Source: Eledone cirrhosa
Lineage: Eukaryota
Reading direction: 5' to 3'
DNA: 64,000 bases
Assembly: GCA_964016885.1 (NCBI GenBank)
Contig: OZ024743.1
Location: forward strand, 100,812,001 to 100,876,000
The notes under the pieces are model-generated. The model saw only the letters and a program-made list of their open reading frames with translations, had not been told where the DNA came from and made no database searches. The position numbers and the translations under genes were made by a program. Of the stretch, positions 42,307-57,695 are shown in pieces (the first letter of the stretch is position 1; each line of letters opens with the position of its first letter).

Positions 42307-43300
42307 CTTCTTCTTCTTCTTCTTCTTCTTCTTCTTCTTCTTCTTCTTCTTCTTCTTCTTCTTCTTCTTCTTCTTCTTCTTCTTCTTCTTCTTCTTCTTC
42401 TTCTTCTTCTTCTTCTTCTTCTTCTTCTTCTTCTTCTTCTTCCTGAGAAGGTCGTGTGGGCAGAGTCCTCAAATACTCCTTACAGCAGGTCCTGTTAGAA
42501 GCAACTGTCTCCAATTGATCCTGCTGGATCTCCAAGCGAGACCAGCCAAGCTCATGGATGTTATCCAACCATCTTGCTCGGGGTCTACCCCTGGGTCTTC
42601 TGCCGGTTGGTTTTTCCCGTAAAATCTATCCAGCCATTCTTTACTGAGACATTCTAACCACATGTCCATAGTATCGGAGCTGTGATCTCTCAATTCGGAG
42701 AAGTAGCGGCTCTACCTGGAGTGACTCTCTGATCTCAGAGCTACGCACTCTGTCAAGTAACATTACTCCGAAGACCCTTTGGAGGAACCCCATTTCGACC
42801 GCTTGTATTCGCGATCGTATTCGTTCAGTCATTACCCAAGATTCATGACCATAGGTAAGGGTTGGCACGAATACCAAATTGAAGATAGCGAGTTTGGCTT
42901 TTACACCTACCTCCCTTCTTCTGATTACCAAAATGTTGAAGCTGGCGCATTACTGCACCAACTCCTGCAATTCTTGTACCTAATTCAACCTCCTGCCTTC
43001 CATCACTCGTGAACACGGCCCCGAGATACTTGAACTTCTCAATCTGCTTCAATGGAACTCCACTCACATGTAGAGTGCATTGTGCCGGCTTCACTTTTCA
43101 CAACACCGATTTTCATTCCAGCCATGCAGCAATCGGCATCAAACCTATCGAGTGTAAATCTGAGATCACCTTCTGTCGAGTAAAATAACAGTATGTCGTC
43201 TGCAAATTCCAGCCGACGGATTTTACGCCCGCCAGTCATGATACAACTTAAATCCGGCTGCGCATGTCAACCCTGTTCATGTAAATAATGAACAGGTGAG
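42307..43300 (-). mobile_element. RTE (Expander/Rex3-like) LINE 3' part with (GAA)n tail
   Basis: LEFADDI; EKFKYLG; PTLTYGHESW; QLRYYGHVVRM; (CTT)n at 42307-42442. Confidence 0.9.
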
Positions 43301-43819
43301 GTGAATATTCTCGGCAGAGAACTGGTCGGAGGTGGCGGATAGCGATACGGCTATCATATATGATGGTTAGTTGTGATATAAGCGGGATGCTGCCGGACGA
43401 ATAAGCAACCCCGAGCCAACAGCGGTAAATTGCTAGGGAAGATTGAACAATGGGTGACACCTGTAGTTCCAAGAAAACTCTCACAACCCAATGACGTAGT
43501 TACGACGAGGCGAGTAAAGGCCAACTCTAAAAAAGTTTAATCTTCGCGAGAATGGACCTCCGTCAGAGAAGCAGCCTTCTCTTGAAATCAAAGTAAGTAA
43601 CTGAGCTTTCCACAAACACATGTACCCTTAACGTAATTTTCACGGATATTCATCCTGACACAGTGTGACAAGGCTGGCCATTTGAATTACAGGTACAGTA
43701 CAGCCAACGGGCTTCCAGACAGTTTTCGTCCACTCAATTTCACTCATAAGGGCAACGGTAAATGACACTTGATAGAAATTCTTAACCATTTGACAATGCT
43801 GAATATACATACATAAATA

Positions 43820-44430
43820 CATGGTGGCTGCCAACTCGTTTTCGAGTACGGCCACTACTTTATATCCATATAGGAGAACTCCTACCGATGCGCTGAACAA
43901 GTGTGGCTTTTTAGTCCAGCCAGCGACTTGAAAACTCTGGTACAAACACTACACTTGTGACAATTATTGACACATAGTGCTGGGCCCATTGTACCCTGTG
44001 ATGACAAGTGCAGAGAGATCTCTAGATATAAAGCAATGCCTGTGCCGTGAAGCTTTTATAGTGAGCAAAGGCACTGCACAAAGCCAGTCCCACTCTCTTA
44101 CCCAAGATGATATTTACCAAAAAGAAGAACAAATCAACATCATTGGATACCATCAGGGTTGCAGGTGTTATATCAGAGTTTTCCTTCTCCTAGAATTCTG
44201 CCTTGACAAAGGCTAAGGGATCATCTCTCCCGGTGATTTTGAATGGCCATTGACTCTTAAGAGCTCCTTTGCCCTTTGACAGGTTTTGTTTTTAGTCCTA
44301 CAGGATGTCCAAAGTCACCCTCCTCGCCAAGAAACCTTGGTGGGGTTGCCAGTTTAGTCGCCAACGACCCGACCATGAGACAGGTTGTACTGGGATACAT
44401 ATTACCAGTAGCACAAGCTGGTGACCTGAC
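43820..44430 (-). mobile_element. ~610-bp non-coding retroposon, copy 2
   Basis: Reverse complement of 40405-41014. Confidence 0.7.
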
Positions 44431-44479
44431 ATAAATACATACATACATAAATACATACATACATACATAAGTACAAACA

Positions 44480-47400
44480 AACACGTGCTACAGGTCGCCA
44501 TGCTACTAGACTTCCTAGCAGCCAGGTCGAACAGCGCCTTGAAACAACTATGCCTGTAAGAAACTTGACACCACCTGTACCATCTAAATCTACCGCGAAT
44601 GCTGGGTAAAATACTATCGATAATAATAATAATCGAAGAAATAATAATAATAATCGAAGAAATTTGACACCGAGTATACCTCGACTGTTGTGGAAAATAC
44701 TATCGATAATGATAATAACCAAAAGTATAAACAATTGAAAATTTCCCTCAACGAAATCTTCCAGAGAGAAATTAATCCATGTATAAATATTTCTCTTGCT
44801 GAACGTATTAAAACGACATAATAAAAAAAAACAAATAATGAAATATTACGTGTTATTGACGAAATAGTGGATGAATACTTACGACGGATAAAAACCCCAA
44901 CATTTTGGCAAATCAACGTTTGTTTATATGCCTTAGCAATGACAGTGAAGCATTATCTTGGTGATAGCAGAGATATGAACAAGAACAAAACACCACCAAA
45001 AATACCATCATATATAACTAAAATAGAAAAAAAGATTGCTGACCTACGAAAAACCATAGGATATGTGACAATGCTCCTTACATGCAAACACACACAAAAA
45101 AACCTCACTCCTCACCAACAAAGAGTGAAAAATAAAATAGAGACGATGTTTGGTAACAGTAGAACCAGAACTCTTCAATATAAGCTGATCACCCTCAAAC
45201 AAGTATTGAGAGCTGTTAGCGAAAAACGCCGATACCTGAAGAAGGTAGATGAGAGAAAAGTGCTTAATAAAAGATTCAGACGAAACAAAACATCAGTCTA
45301 TAGAGATATGAAGGGCAAAATAATAAGTGTCACTGAGGCCCCATCCCAGAAAGATATAGATTCCTTTTGGAGCAAAATATGGGGTGAAAAGAAGAATTTC
45401 AACCAAGATGCAGTGTGGCTAAGAGAAATCTGAAAGAACTATTGCTCCTACACTACAACAAAAATATACGAAATAAGTGAGGGTACCCTTGAGACTGTGA
45501 TAGGAAAACTCCAAGATAAGAAAACACCAGGAAGAGACATGATTGTCGGCTACTGGTACAAAACTGATATTCTATCGGAGGTATCTTACTGACCTCTACC
45601 AACAAGTTCTTAAGGGAGATACACTTATACCAGAATGGTTGACATTAGCACAAACATTACTGGTCCCCAAGAACAAAGACACCCACTTGGTAAAAAACTA
45701 CCGACCCATTGCATGCCAGAACCTGATGTATAAGATGTATACAGCCTGCCTGAACCTATTCCTCCAAGATCACTGTGAAAATAATAACATCATCACAGAT
45801 GAACAAGCAGCTGGAGAGAAAGGGGTTTGGGGATGTGCTGAACAACTCCTAATCAACAAAACTGCGATGTTGGAGGCGCGACACCTTAGGAGGAATATGG
45901 CTACAGTCTGTCTGGACTACAGTAAAGCTTTCGATTCTGTTCCCCACTCTTGGATGATAGAGGCCCTCCAACTTGCTAAAGTCCCAGACATTATTGTCAG
46001 AGCCATAGAGAAGCTGTCTTCTTCCTGGGCTACTATCCTAAGGTTAAAGACAGAGAGGGAGGACTCTATTTTCACTGATAAAATAAAATATCGCAGGGGT
46101 ATATTTCAGGGAGAGAGTCTCTCTGTGATATTATTCATCTTGTCATTAAACCCCTTGCCCTTTCTGCTTAAGAAATGTGAGGGATACATCATTGGCGCAC
46201 AGGAGGACAGAAATACGAACCTAACCCATAATTTCTTTGTGGACGATCTGAAACTCTATGCCAAGAACATGGATGGGATGTAGAAAAATCTTGACCTGGT
46301 TACAACGTTCTCAAAGGATATAGGAATGGAGTTTGGCCAAGATAAATGCTCATACATGACTGTAAAGCGGGGAAAAACAACAACCCAATCTAGTAACATT
46401 GTCATCAATGGCCTAACTGTTTCACTGATATCTGATGAGGACTGCTACAGATACCTGGGGATAGATCAGAACATAATCTATAATGGTATCTGTAATAAGG
46501 AACGCGTAACCAGGGAATACTACACCCGATTAAGAAAGATTTGGTCATCGGAACTCTGCGCAAAACAAAACAGTGGCTCACAATGTGTTTGCTATGCCTG
46601 TCGTAACACCAACGTTTGGAATACTCAATTGGACGATAGACGAAATCCGAGCAGTTGATGTTGGAACTCGAAAAATACTAAACAACACCGGAAACTTCTA
46701 CATCAACAGTGACATAGATCGCCTTTACTTGAAACGTAAGCAGGGAGGCAGAGGCCTAACATCAGTCCAGGCAGCATTTGAATGTCGCATCATATCCCTC
46801 CGACAACATCTACGAACCTCGAAGCGTAGGATCTCGTCTCTCGAGCAAGTCTATCTGCATGAAACAGATAAGATCATGAGAGTTGGGAAGGAACTCCTCG
46901 AGAGATATTCCCAGTGTGATAATCAAAAACATCCAGGGAAGTCGCTCAGCAGTATCGCAGTGAATCCATGGATGAAAAACTGCATGCTTATCAGCAAAAA
47001 ATCATGCATGGATATGTTGCCAGGAAGCTCCAAAGTGAGAGTAATATAGATAAGGAAAGTAGTCTATCTTGGACCAACAACCGCTATATTGGCTCCCACT
47101 TTGAAGGATACGCTTTTGCAATCCAAGAACAGGAGATTAACACGAAATACCTGATTCACAAAAGAGATAGGGATGCAGGCAAAACACCTAGATGTGATAA
47201 CAAGTGCAGACTCTGCAGAACTAACATCGAGGATATCACCCATGTCATCAGCAGCTGTTCAAAGATGTCATCGCGGTACTATCTACCTATGAGGCATGAT
47301 ATAGTGATCAAAACACTGTACAATGCAGTTCGTAAAAAAGATAGCCCCGATAATAAACACATTAAAAGCTACAGCAATGTGGAAGACATCCATGTACATA

Positions 47401-48022
47401 ATATGAAAGAGTACTGGTGGAATGTTCCAGTAAAAACCCCAATAAAATGCAGGCATAACAGACCAGATATTATGATATGGGACAGGGAGAAGAAAGCATG
47501 CACAGTAGTGGAAATTAGCTGCCCAGCAGATGCCAATATAATATCAAAGATTAGTGAAAAGGAGAATATTTATGCAGAACTGATGAGAAATCTGCAGATA
47601 CTCCACCCTGATTACACCTTCAGATTTATGCCTGTGATTATTGGGGCACTGGGGTATGTTAGTAACTGCCTCAATACAAATCTTGAAAAGCTAGGCTTCA
47701 CAGGAACAGAAACAACACAACTAGTTAGGAAATTACAAATACAATCCATTAATGGAACAGTAAAAATATGTAAAACATTCCCAAAATGTTGCATCTAATA
47801 ACTGCATATACACATGTACAGATGCAAAGCATATACACATGCACACATACAAATCAAAACATCCACATCCACACATACAATAACATCCATATCTACACAT
47901 GCATGCATACATATCTACCTGGTTGATGTTGTGTAAATTCCAATGAGAGAGTCTTGTGTCTATGTTAGAAACAGACTCTCTCTCTATTTGTAAAACTTTG
48001 TGAAATTATAAAACCAGAAGAA
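44480..48022 (+). mobile_element. Near full-length R4/Dong-type RLE non-LTR retrotransposon, flanked by (TACA)n
   Basis: RT, CCHC knuckle and PD..D endonuclease; 3' UTR ends aaaaccagaagaa then (CATA)n. Confidence 0.9.
44867..47798 (+). pseudogene. RT / zinc knuckle / restriction-like endonuclease ORF broken by stops and frameshifts
   Basis: NYRPIAC, LDYSKAFDSVPHSW, RGIFQGESLS, FFVDDLKLY, YRYLG, CRLC..EDITHVISSC, RHD, RPDIMIWD..VEISCP..EK. Confidence 0.92.
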
Positions 48023-48131
48023 CATACATACATACATACATAGATACATACATACATACATACATACATACATACATACATACATACATACATACATACA
48101 TACATACATACATACATACATACATACATAC

Positions 48132-51049
48132 GATGAAAAAAGAATGAAAAATAAAATAGAAACGATGTTTGGAGACAGAACTCTTCAATACAAGAATTGA
48201 GAGGTGACAGCGAGAAACTACGATACCAGACGAGGGTTGCTGAAAGAAAAATATTTAATAAAAGATTCGGCCGAAACTAAACATCAGTCTATAGAGATAT
48301 GAAGAGCAAAATAATAAATGTCACTGGGGCCCCATCCCAGAAAGACAGATTCCTTCGGGAGAAACATATGGTGCGAAGAGAAGAAATTTAACCAAGATGT
48401 GGCTGAAAGAGATCCGAAAGAACTACTGCTCCTACAACAAAAACATACAACATTAGTGGTGATACACCTTGGGACTGTGATAGGAAAACACCAGGAAGTC
48501 TTGATTATCGGTTACTGGTACAAAATCTGGCATTCTATCGGACGTATCTTATCAACCTCTACAAGCAAGCTCTCAAGGGAGCTGTACATATACCAGGGTG
48601 GTTCACATTTGCACAAACAATATTGATCCCCAAGAACAAAGACACATTCTTCGCAAAAAACTACCGACCCATTGCATGCCAGAACCTAATGTATAAAATG
48701 TATACAGCGTGTCTGAACCTATTTCTCCAAGATCACTGTGAAAATAATAATATCAGCACAGATGAACAAGCAGCTGGAAAGAAAGGTGTTTGGTGGTGTG
48801 CTGAAGAACTTCTAATTAACAAAACCACGATGTCAGAGGTACGGTGACGTAGGAGAAACATGGTGACAGCCTAGCTGGACGACAAGAAAGCATTCAATTC
48901 TGTTTCCCACTCTTGGATGATAGAGGCCCTCTGACTTGTTAACGTACCAGACACTATTATCTGAGTCGAAGAGAACCTATCTTCTTCTTGGGCTACTATC
49001 CTAAAGTTAAATACAGAGAAGGAGGGCTCTATTTTCACTGATAAAATAGAATATCACAGGGGTATATTTCAAGGAGACAGTCTCTCTGTGATACTATTTA
49101 TCCTGTCATTAAACCCCTTATCCTTTCTGCTCAAGAAATGTGAAGGATACATCATTGGCTCACAAGAGGACAGACATACAAACCTAAATCATAACTTCTT
49201 TGTGGATGATCTGAAACTCTATAGTAAGAATATAAATGGGATGAAGAAAAACCTTGACTTGTTTCGGACTTCATCGAAAGATATAGGAATGGAGTTTGGC
49301 CAGGATAAATGTTCAGAAATGTAAGGCGAGGAAAAGAAACAATTCAATCTAGCAACATTTTTACCAATGGCCTAATTGTTTCACCGATATCTCATGAAGA
49401 CTGCTACAGATACCTGGGGATAGATGAGAATATATCCTATAATGGTATTTGTAACAAAGAACGCGTAACCAGGGAATATTACACCTGATTAAGAAAAACA
49501 TGGTCATCTGAAATCTCTGCACACAACAAAACAGTGGCTCACAGTGTGTTTGCTGTACCTGTCCTAACACATTCGGTATACTCGATTGGACGATAGATGA
49601 AATCCGAGCTATCGATGTTAAAACCCGAAATTATTAAACAACACCAGAAACTTCCACATCAACAGTGACATAGACCACCGCTACTTGAAACGTAAGCAGG
49701 GAGGCAGCGACTTAACATCAGTCCAAACAGCATTTGAATGTCGCATCATATCCCTCCGAAAATATCTACGAACCTCGAAGCGTAGGAGCTCATCTATTGA
49801 GCAAGTCTGTCTACATGAGGCAGATAAGATCATGAGAGTTGGGAAGGATCTCCTTATCTCCTTGAGAAATATTCCTTGCATACAGGGAAATTGCCCAGCA
49901 ATACCGCAGTGAATCCATGGATGAAAAACTATATGCTTATCAGCAAAAATAAAAAAAATATATAATAATAATAAATCATGCATGGATTTGTTGCCTGGAG
50001 GCTACAAAGTGAGAGAAATATAGATAAGCAAAGTAGTATATATTGGACCAACAACTGCTATGTTGCTCTCACATTGAGGGATATATAAAAGCATATCCTT
50101 CAAAGTGAGAGGAAATCAATACAAAATACTGATTCACAAAGGAAATAGGGATGCAGTTAGGAGCGTGGTGGTAGCAGTGAACTCCAGTAGTCATGTGGAA
50201 TGGAGTGCTACCACAACGCTCCTAACTGCAGTAGCACATCAAAAACACTTCAACTTTGCACCTGCCTGAAGATGTGACAACAAATGCAGACTCTGCAGAA
50301 TTAACATCGAAGATATCACCCATGTCATAAGCAGCTGTCTAAAGATGTCATCGCGGTACTATCTATCTATGGGGCATGATGTAGTGACCAAAACACTGTA
50401 CAATACAATCCGTAGAAAAGATAGCTCCGATAACAAACATTAAAAGCTACAGCAATGTGGAAGACATCCATGTACATAGTTCCAGTAAAAACCCCAATAA
50501 AATGCAGGCATAACAGACCAGATATAATGATATGGGACAGGGAAAAGAAGGCATGCACAATAGTGGAAGTTAGCTGCCCAGCAGATGCCAATATAATATC
50601 AAAGATTAGCGAAAAGGAGAATATTTATGCAGAACTAATGAGAAATCTGCAGATACTCCACCCTGACTATACCTTCAGATTTATACCTGTGATTATTGGG
50701 GCACTGGAGTATGTTAGTAACTGCCTCAGTACAGATCTTGAGATGCTGCGCTTCGCAGAACCAGAAAGAACATGACTAGTTACAAGTACAATCGATTAAT
50801 GGAACTGCAAAAATATGTAAAACATTCTGCATGTAATAACTGCATATACACATGTATAGATACAAAACATATGCACGTGTACACATATAACTCAAATCCA
50901 CACATACAATAAAATCCATACCTACACACACACACGCACACACGTACACACACGCACGCATGAAGACATACATATTTACCTGGTTGTCTAAATTCCAATG
51001 AGAGTCTTGTGTCTATGTAAGAAACCGGCTCTCTCTCTCTCTCTCCCTC

Positions 51050-51088
<39 letters not shown>

Positions 51089-51135
51089 CTCTCTCTATTG
51101 GTAAACATTTATAAATTAATGTAACCAGAAGAACC
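48132..51135 (+). mobile_element. Second, more degraded tandem copy of the R4/Dong-type LINE
   Basis: Colinear homology with 45125-48022; many stop codons. Confidence 0.9.
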
Positions 51136-51558
51136 TACATGCGACAAACACAATTGTGTTTGGAGAGAGAGAAAAAAGAATATTTTAAGTATTTATTTCA
51201 ATATGCAGTTTGATTTGATTTTCAAATGTCCCTTCTTAACTGCATTTATACATCAATATAATACCCCCCCCCCCCAAAAAAAAAAATTCTCGTTAATCGT
51301 TTTGCACAAAAATGTTTTCGGTATAAATGCGAAATATCCACAAAATTATATAGCTACTCCTTTCTCTAAGTTAAGAAACTCCACATTTAGTGTTGATTTC
51401 GATAATTCAAGCATTCTTGTAAACGTTTGTGTTCTTAATTGGTTCTTTTTTTTACAAAGTAAATCGAACGGAATGGTGTTCGAAATTTTTTCAGCAATTA
51501 TGAAAGCATCATAGGTCGATATATTTCTAAGGATGTCTGTTAGACATCTGTGTCTGGA

Positions 51559-51631
<73 letters not shown>

Positions 51632-51645
51632 TAATTCCGAGTTGA

Positions 51646-52026
51646 ATCGGGGGTAACCACAGTAAGTAAGGTACTCCTGTGTCTAACAGGGTTCAATCGG
51701 GGGTAACCACAGTAAGTAAGGTACTCCTGTGTCTAACAGGGTTCAATCGGGGGTAACCACAGTAAGTAAGGTACTCCTGTGTCTAACAGGGTTCAATCGG
51801 GGGTAACCACAGTAAGTAAGGTACTCCTGTGTCTAACAGGGTTCAATCGGGGGTAACCACAGTAAGTAAGGTACTCCTGTGTCTAACAGGGTTCAATCGG
51901 GGGTAACCACAGTAAGTAAGGTACTCCTGTGTCTAACAGGGTTCAATCGGGGGTAACCACAGTAAGTAAGGTACTCCTGTGTCTAACAGGGTTCAATCGG
52001 GGGTAACCACAGTAAGTAAGGTACTC
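51646..52026. repeat. Perfect 50-bp tandem repeat, ~7.6 copies, inside a PLE pLTR tail
   Basis: aatcgggggtaaccacagtaagtaaggtactcctgtgtctaacagggttc. Confidence 0.95.
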
Positions 52027-52062
52027 AATACATAGCAGAGTATAAATGTTTTAATATAGAAA

Positions 52063-52113
52063 AGCTTCTACAGGACTAGAATTGTTTCATTCGTGAGAAA
52101 TCATCAGGAAGCT
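52063..52113 (-). ncRNA. Type-I hammerhead (inverted partner of 52262-52312)
   Basis: Reverse complement: agcttc-CTGATGA-tttctcacgaat-GAAA-caattctagtcctg-TA-gaagct. Confidence 0.75.
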
Positions 52114-52261
52114 GGCTGTCCAATTATAGCTTTAAAGAATTAGCTTTTAATGAACTCCCTTTTCTTTAAATCCATCAACAAATGACCGCCACCCATATAA
52201 ATCCCCACCCTCTCCTACCACCAGAAAAGATATAAATACCACCACATTTACTTGGACAGTC

Positions 52262-55565
<3,304 letters not shown>

Positions 55566-55626
55566 TATATATATAGATAGGTAAATATACACGGGTGTGT
55601 ATGATTGTGTATAGAAGATTATATTA

Positions 55627-56002
55627 ATAAGAGGAATTCCAACTTTGTCTGATTTACTCGTTTTATTTACAATCCTTTAAAATATATAATGTTATTATAA
55701 TGAAATAGTATGATAGAATATTAAATTCTAAGTGTTAATTGAACAAGTACTTTCATGCTTTCGCAATCTTCAGGTTCATAATATGTGGTGACAGTCGAGT
55801 TTGCAATTTTCAACTGTCAGTTGAAAATTGCAAACTCGACTGTCACCACATATTATGAACCTGAAGATTGCGAAAGCATGAAAGTACTTGTTCAATTAAC
55901 ACTTAGAATTTAATATTCTATCATACTATTTCATTATAATAACATTATATATTTTAAAGGATTGTAAATAAAACGAGTAAATCAGACAAAGTTGGAATTC
56001 CT

Positions 56003-56007
<5 letters not shown>
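55627..56007. mobile_element. 381-bp perfect palindrome (190-bp arms, 1-nt loop at 55817) with an HHR on each strand
   Basis: Centre caactg t cagttg; arms read as exact reverse complements; abuts (TA)n. Confidence 0.9.
55856..55894 (+). ncRNA. Minimal type-I hammerhead; mirror copy at 55740-55778 on the minus strand
   Basis: tgaac-CTGAAGA-t tgc gaaa gca t-GAAA-gtac-TT-gttca; GNRA loop; palindromic stem III AAGTACTT. Confidence 0.8.
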
Positions 56008-56071
<64 letters not shown>

Positions 56072-56486
56072 GTAATAATAATAAATTTGAAGACTAAAAT
56101 CCAAAGACGGCTCGATAAGGATAAATATATATCAAATATATCAAATATATAAGAACCGTAGAGCAAATATTTATTGAAATAACAGATTAAAGTTTAAGCA
56201 AAGAATCGCTGCCTTCACCCTTAACGGGATCTTCTGAAACTAAAAAAGTCAATCTGTGAACGCAAAAGTAAATATTAAAAAAAAAACGTTGCAACCGGAG
56301 GAAGACAGGAAGACGATACTTTGGTTCGTGGAAACGTTCCCTGGCAAAAAACGGAAAAAAACGAAGATAATACGTCATTATTTGGAGCGATGAAAAACAA
56401 TTACACGCAAAGACAAAACCAGGTTTTTTGGGGGTTTTTTTTCAAACTATCAAAATATTTACTATTCTAATTATATGTTATATATA

Positions 56487-57385
56487 TGTATGAGATGAAA
56501 GAATGGTATTTAACTATTGTAATAGTACGCGATGGGGCCCACCCACAGCCCCGGCGGACAGAATGGAGAAGGCGTTTCCCCGGAGGACGGCAAGGGAGAC
56601 GCGCAGGAAAAGCCACTCCAACTCGCGGGGCTCTCACCTACGGCTGGCCAGCTCAGCGCCTATGGTGGTGAGTAAGGAGGTAGCCTGGGGCCGAGGACAC
56701 CAGAAGTTTCCACTGCCAGGGGAACGACCGCAAACCTGTCGGAAAGCGACCGGTATTTGAGGAGTTTGGCCACCTCAGCCCGACGTGCAGCAGAACCTGG
56801 GTCAGTCGCAGACTGCACCAGGTTGCGGCTGCAGAAAGTGAGGCCGCCTGTGAGACGTGGGACCGGCTGGGACTTAGCCCAGTAGACGTCCCTCCTCCTT
56901 CTCCCCCTGTTGACGTCAAGTCCCCCCAACGCACTTGGGATGCCATCCAGTGCAGCCTGGCCTCAGACAGGCTCACGCGCCAGCTCGACCAGCACCGCCT
57001 TGCTTGTTTTCGAGCGGCCTCCAAACCCCACAGTGGTGCCTGGCTCCATGCTCTGCCCTCCTTCTCCACTGGCATGCAGCTAGACAACCATAGCCTGCGA
57101 ATCGGCGTTTCCCTGAGGCTCGGCCTCCGGATCTGCCAGCCACACCAATGTCGCTGCGGTTCCACTGTGGACTCTTTCGGCCTCCACTCGCTTTCCTGAC
57201 GCCACAGTCCCGGCCGCATTCCACGCCATACTGCCCTCAACGAGGTCATTAAGCATGGCTTGGACGCTGCAGGCTTCCCTTCCCAGCTCGAGCCGGTGGG
57301 GCTGGATCGAGGGGACGGCAAAAGGCCAGATGGCATGACCATCTTCCCGTACCGCGGTGGCAAACCCGTCGTCTGGAAAACCACG
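56487..57385. mobile_element. CRE-like RLE LINE insertion with 5' inversion (3' part on minus ~56487-56840; upstream part on plus ~56840-57385)
   Basis: Plus: HSGAWLHALP..LRLG..CRCG..HSLSC..RH..LNEVI..DGKRPDG..VVW. Minus: TFCSRNL..AEVAKLLKY..PLAVETSGVLGP..RGNA. Confidence 0.85.
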
Positions 57386-57481
57386 TTTATGGTATAAAAG
57401 AAGTCGTAGACTAATATTCTATAGGTGGTTCGTGGAGACGTTCTCTGGCAATGAACGGAAATAATACGTCATTATGTGGAT

Positions 57482-57658
57482 CAGTATCGGTAGAGAGTCG
57501 GACGCCATGCTTTCCAGCATAGTTACGTCCCTTTACGATCTGAGTTCAAATCCCGCCGAGGTTGACTTTGCCTTTCATCCTTACGGGGTCGATAAAATAA
57601 AGTACCAGTAATGCACTGGGTAATTGCTGGCCTTGTGCCTAAAGTAGAAACAATTATG
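57482..57658 (+). mobile_element. Young family-1 SINE with target-site duplication attatgtggatc
   Basis: Near-identical to 14434-14609; 12-bp duplication at both ends. Confidence 0.9.
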
Positions 57659-57695
57659 TGGATCGATGAGAACAATTACACGCAGACAAAACCAC

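Noticed and set aside
44480-44560. HDV-like ribozyme at the 5' end of the R4/Dong LINE
   Set aside because: Expected for some RLE elements, but I could not assign a consistent P1-P4 fold
51680-51692. Relationship between the 50-bp repeat (gtctaacagg) and the 21-bp satellite (gtctaacacagg)
   Set aside because: Match is too short to distinguish from chance
51646-52026. CRISPR-like array
   Set aside because: Units are identical, with no unique spacers; eukaryotic context with no cas genes
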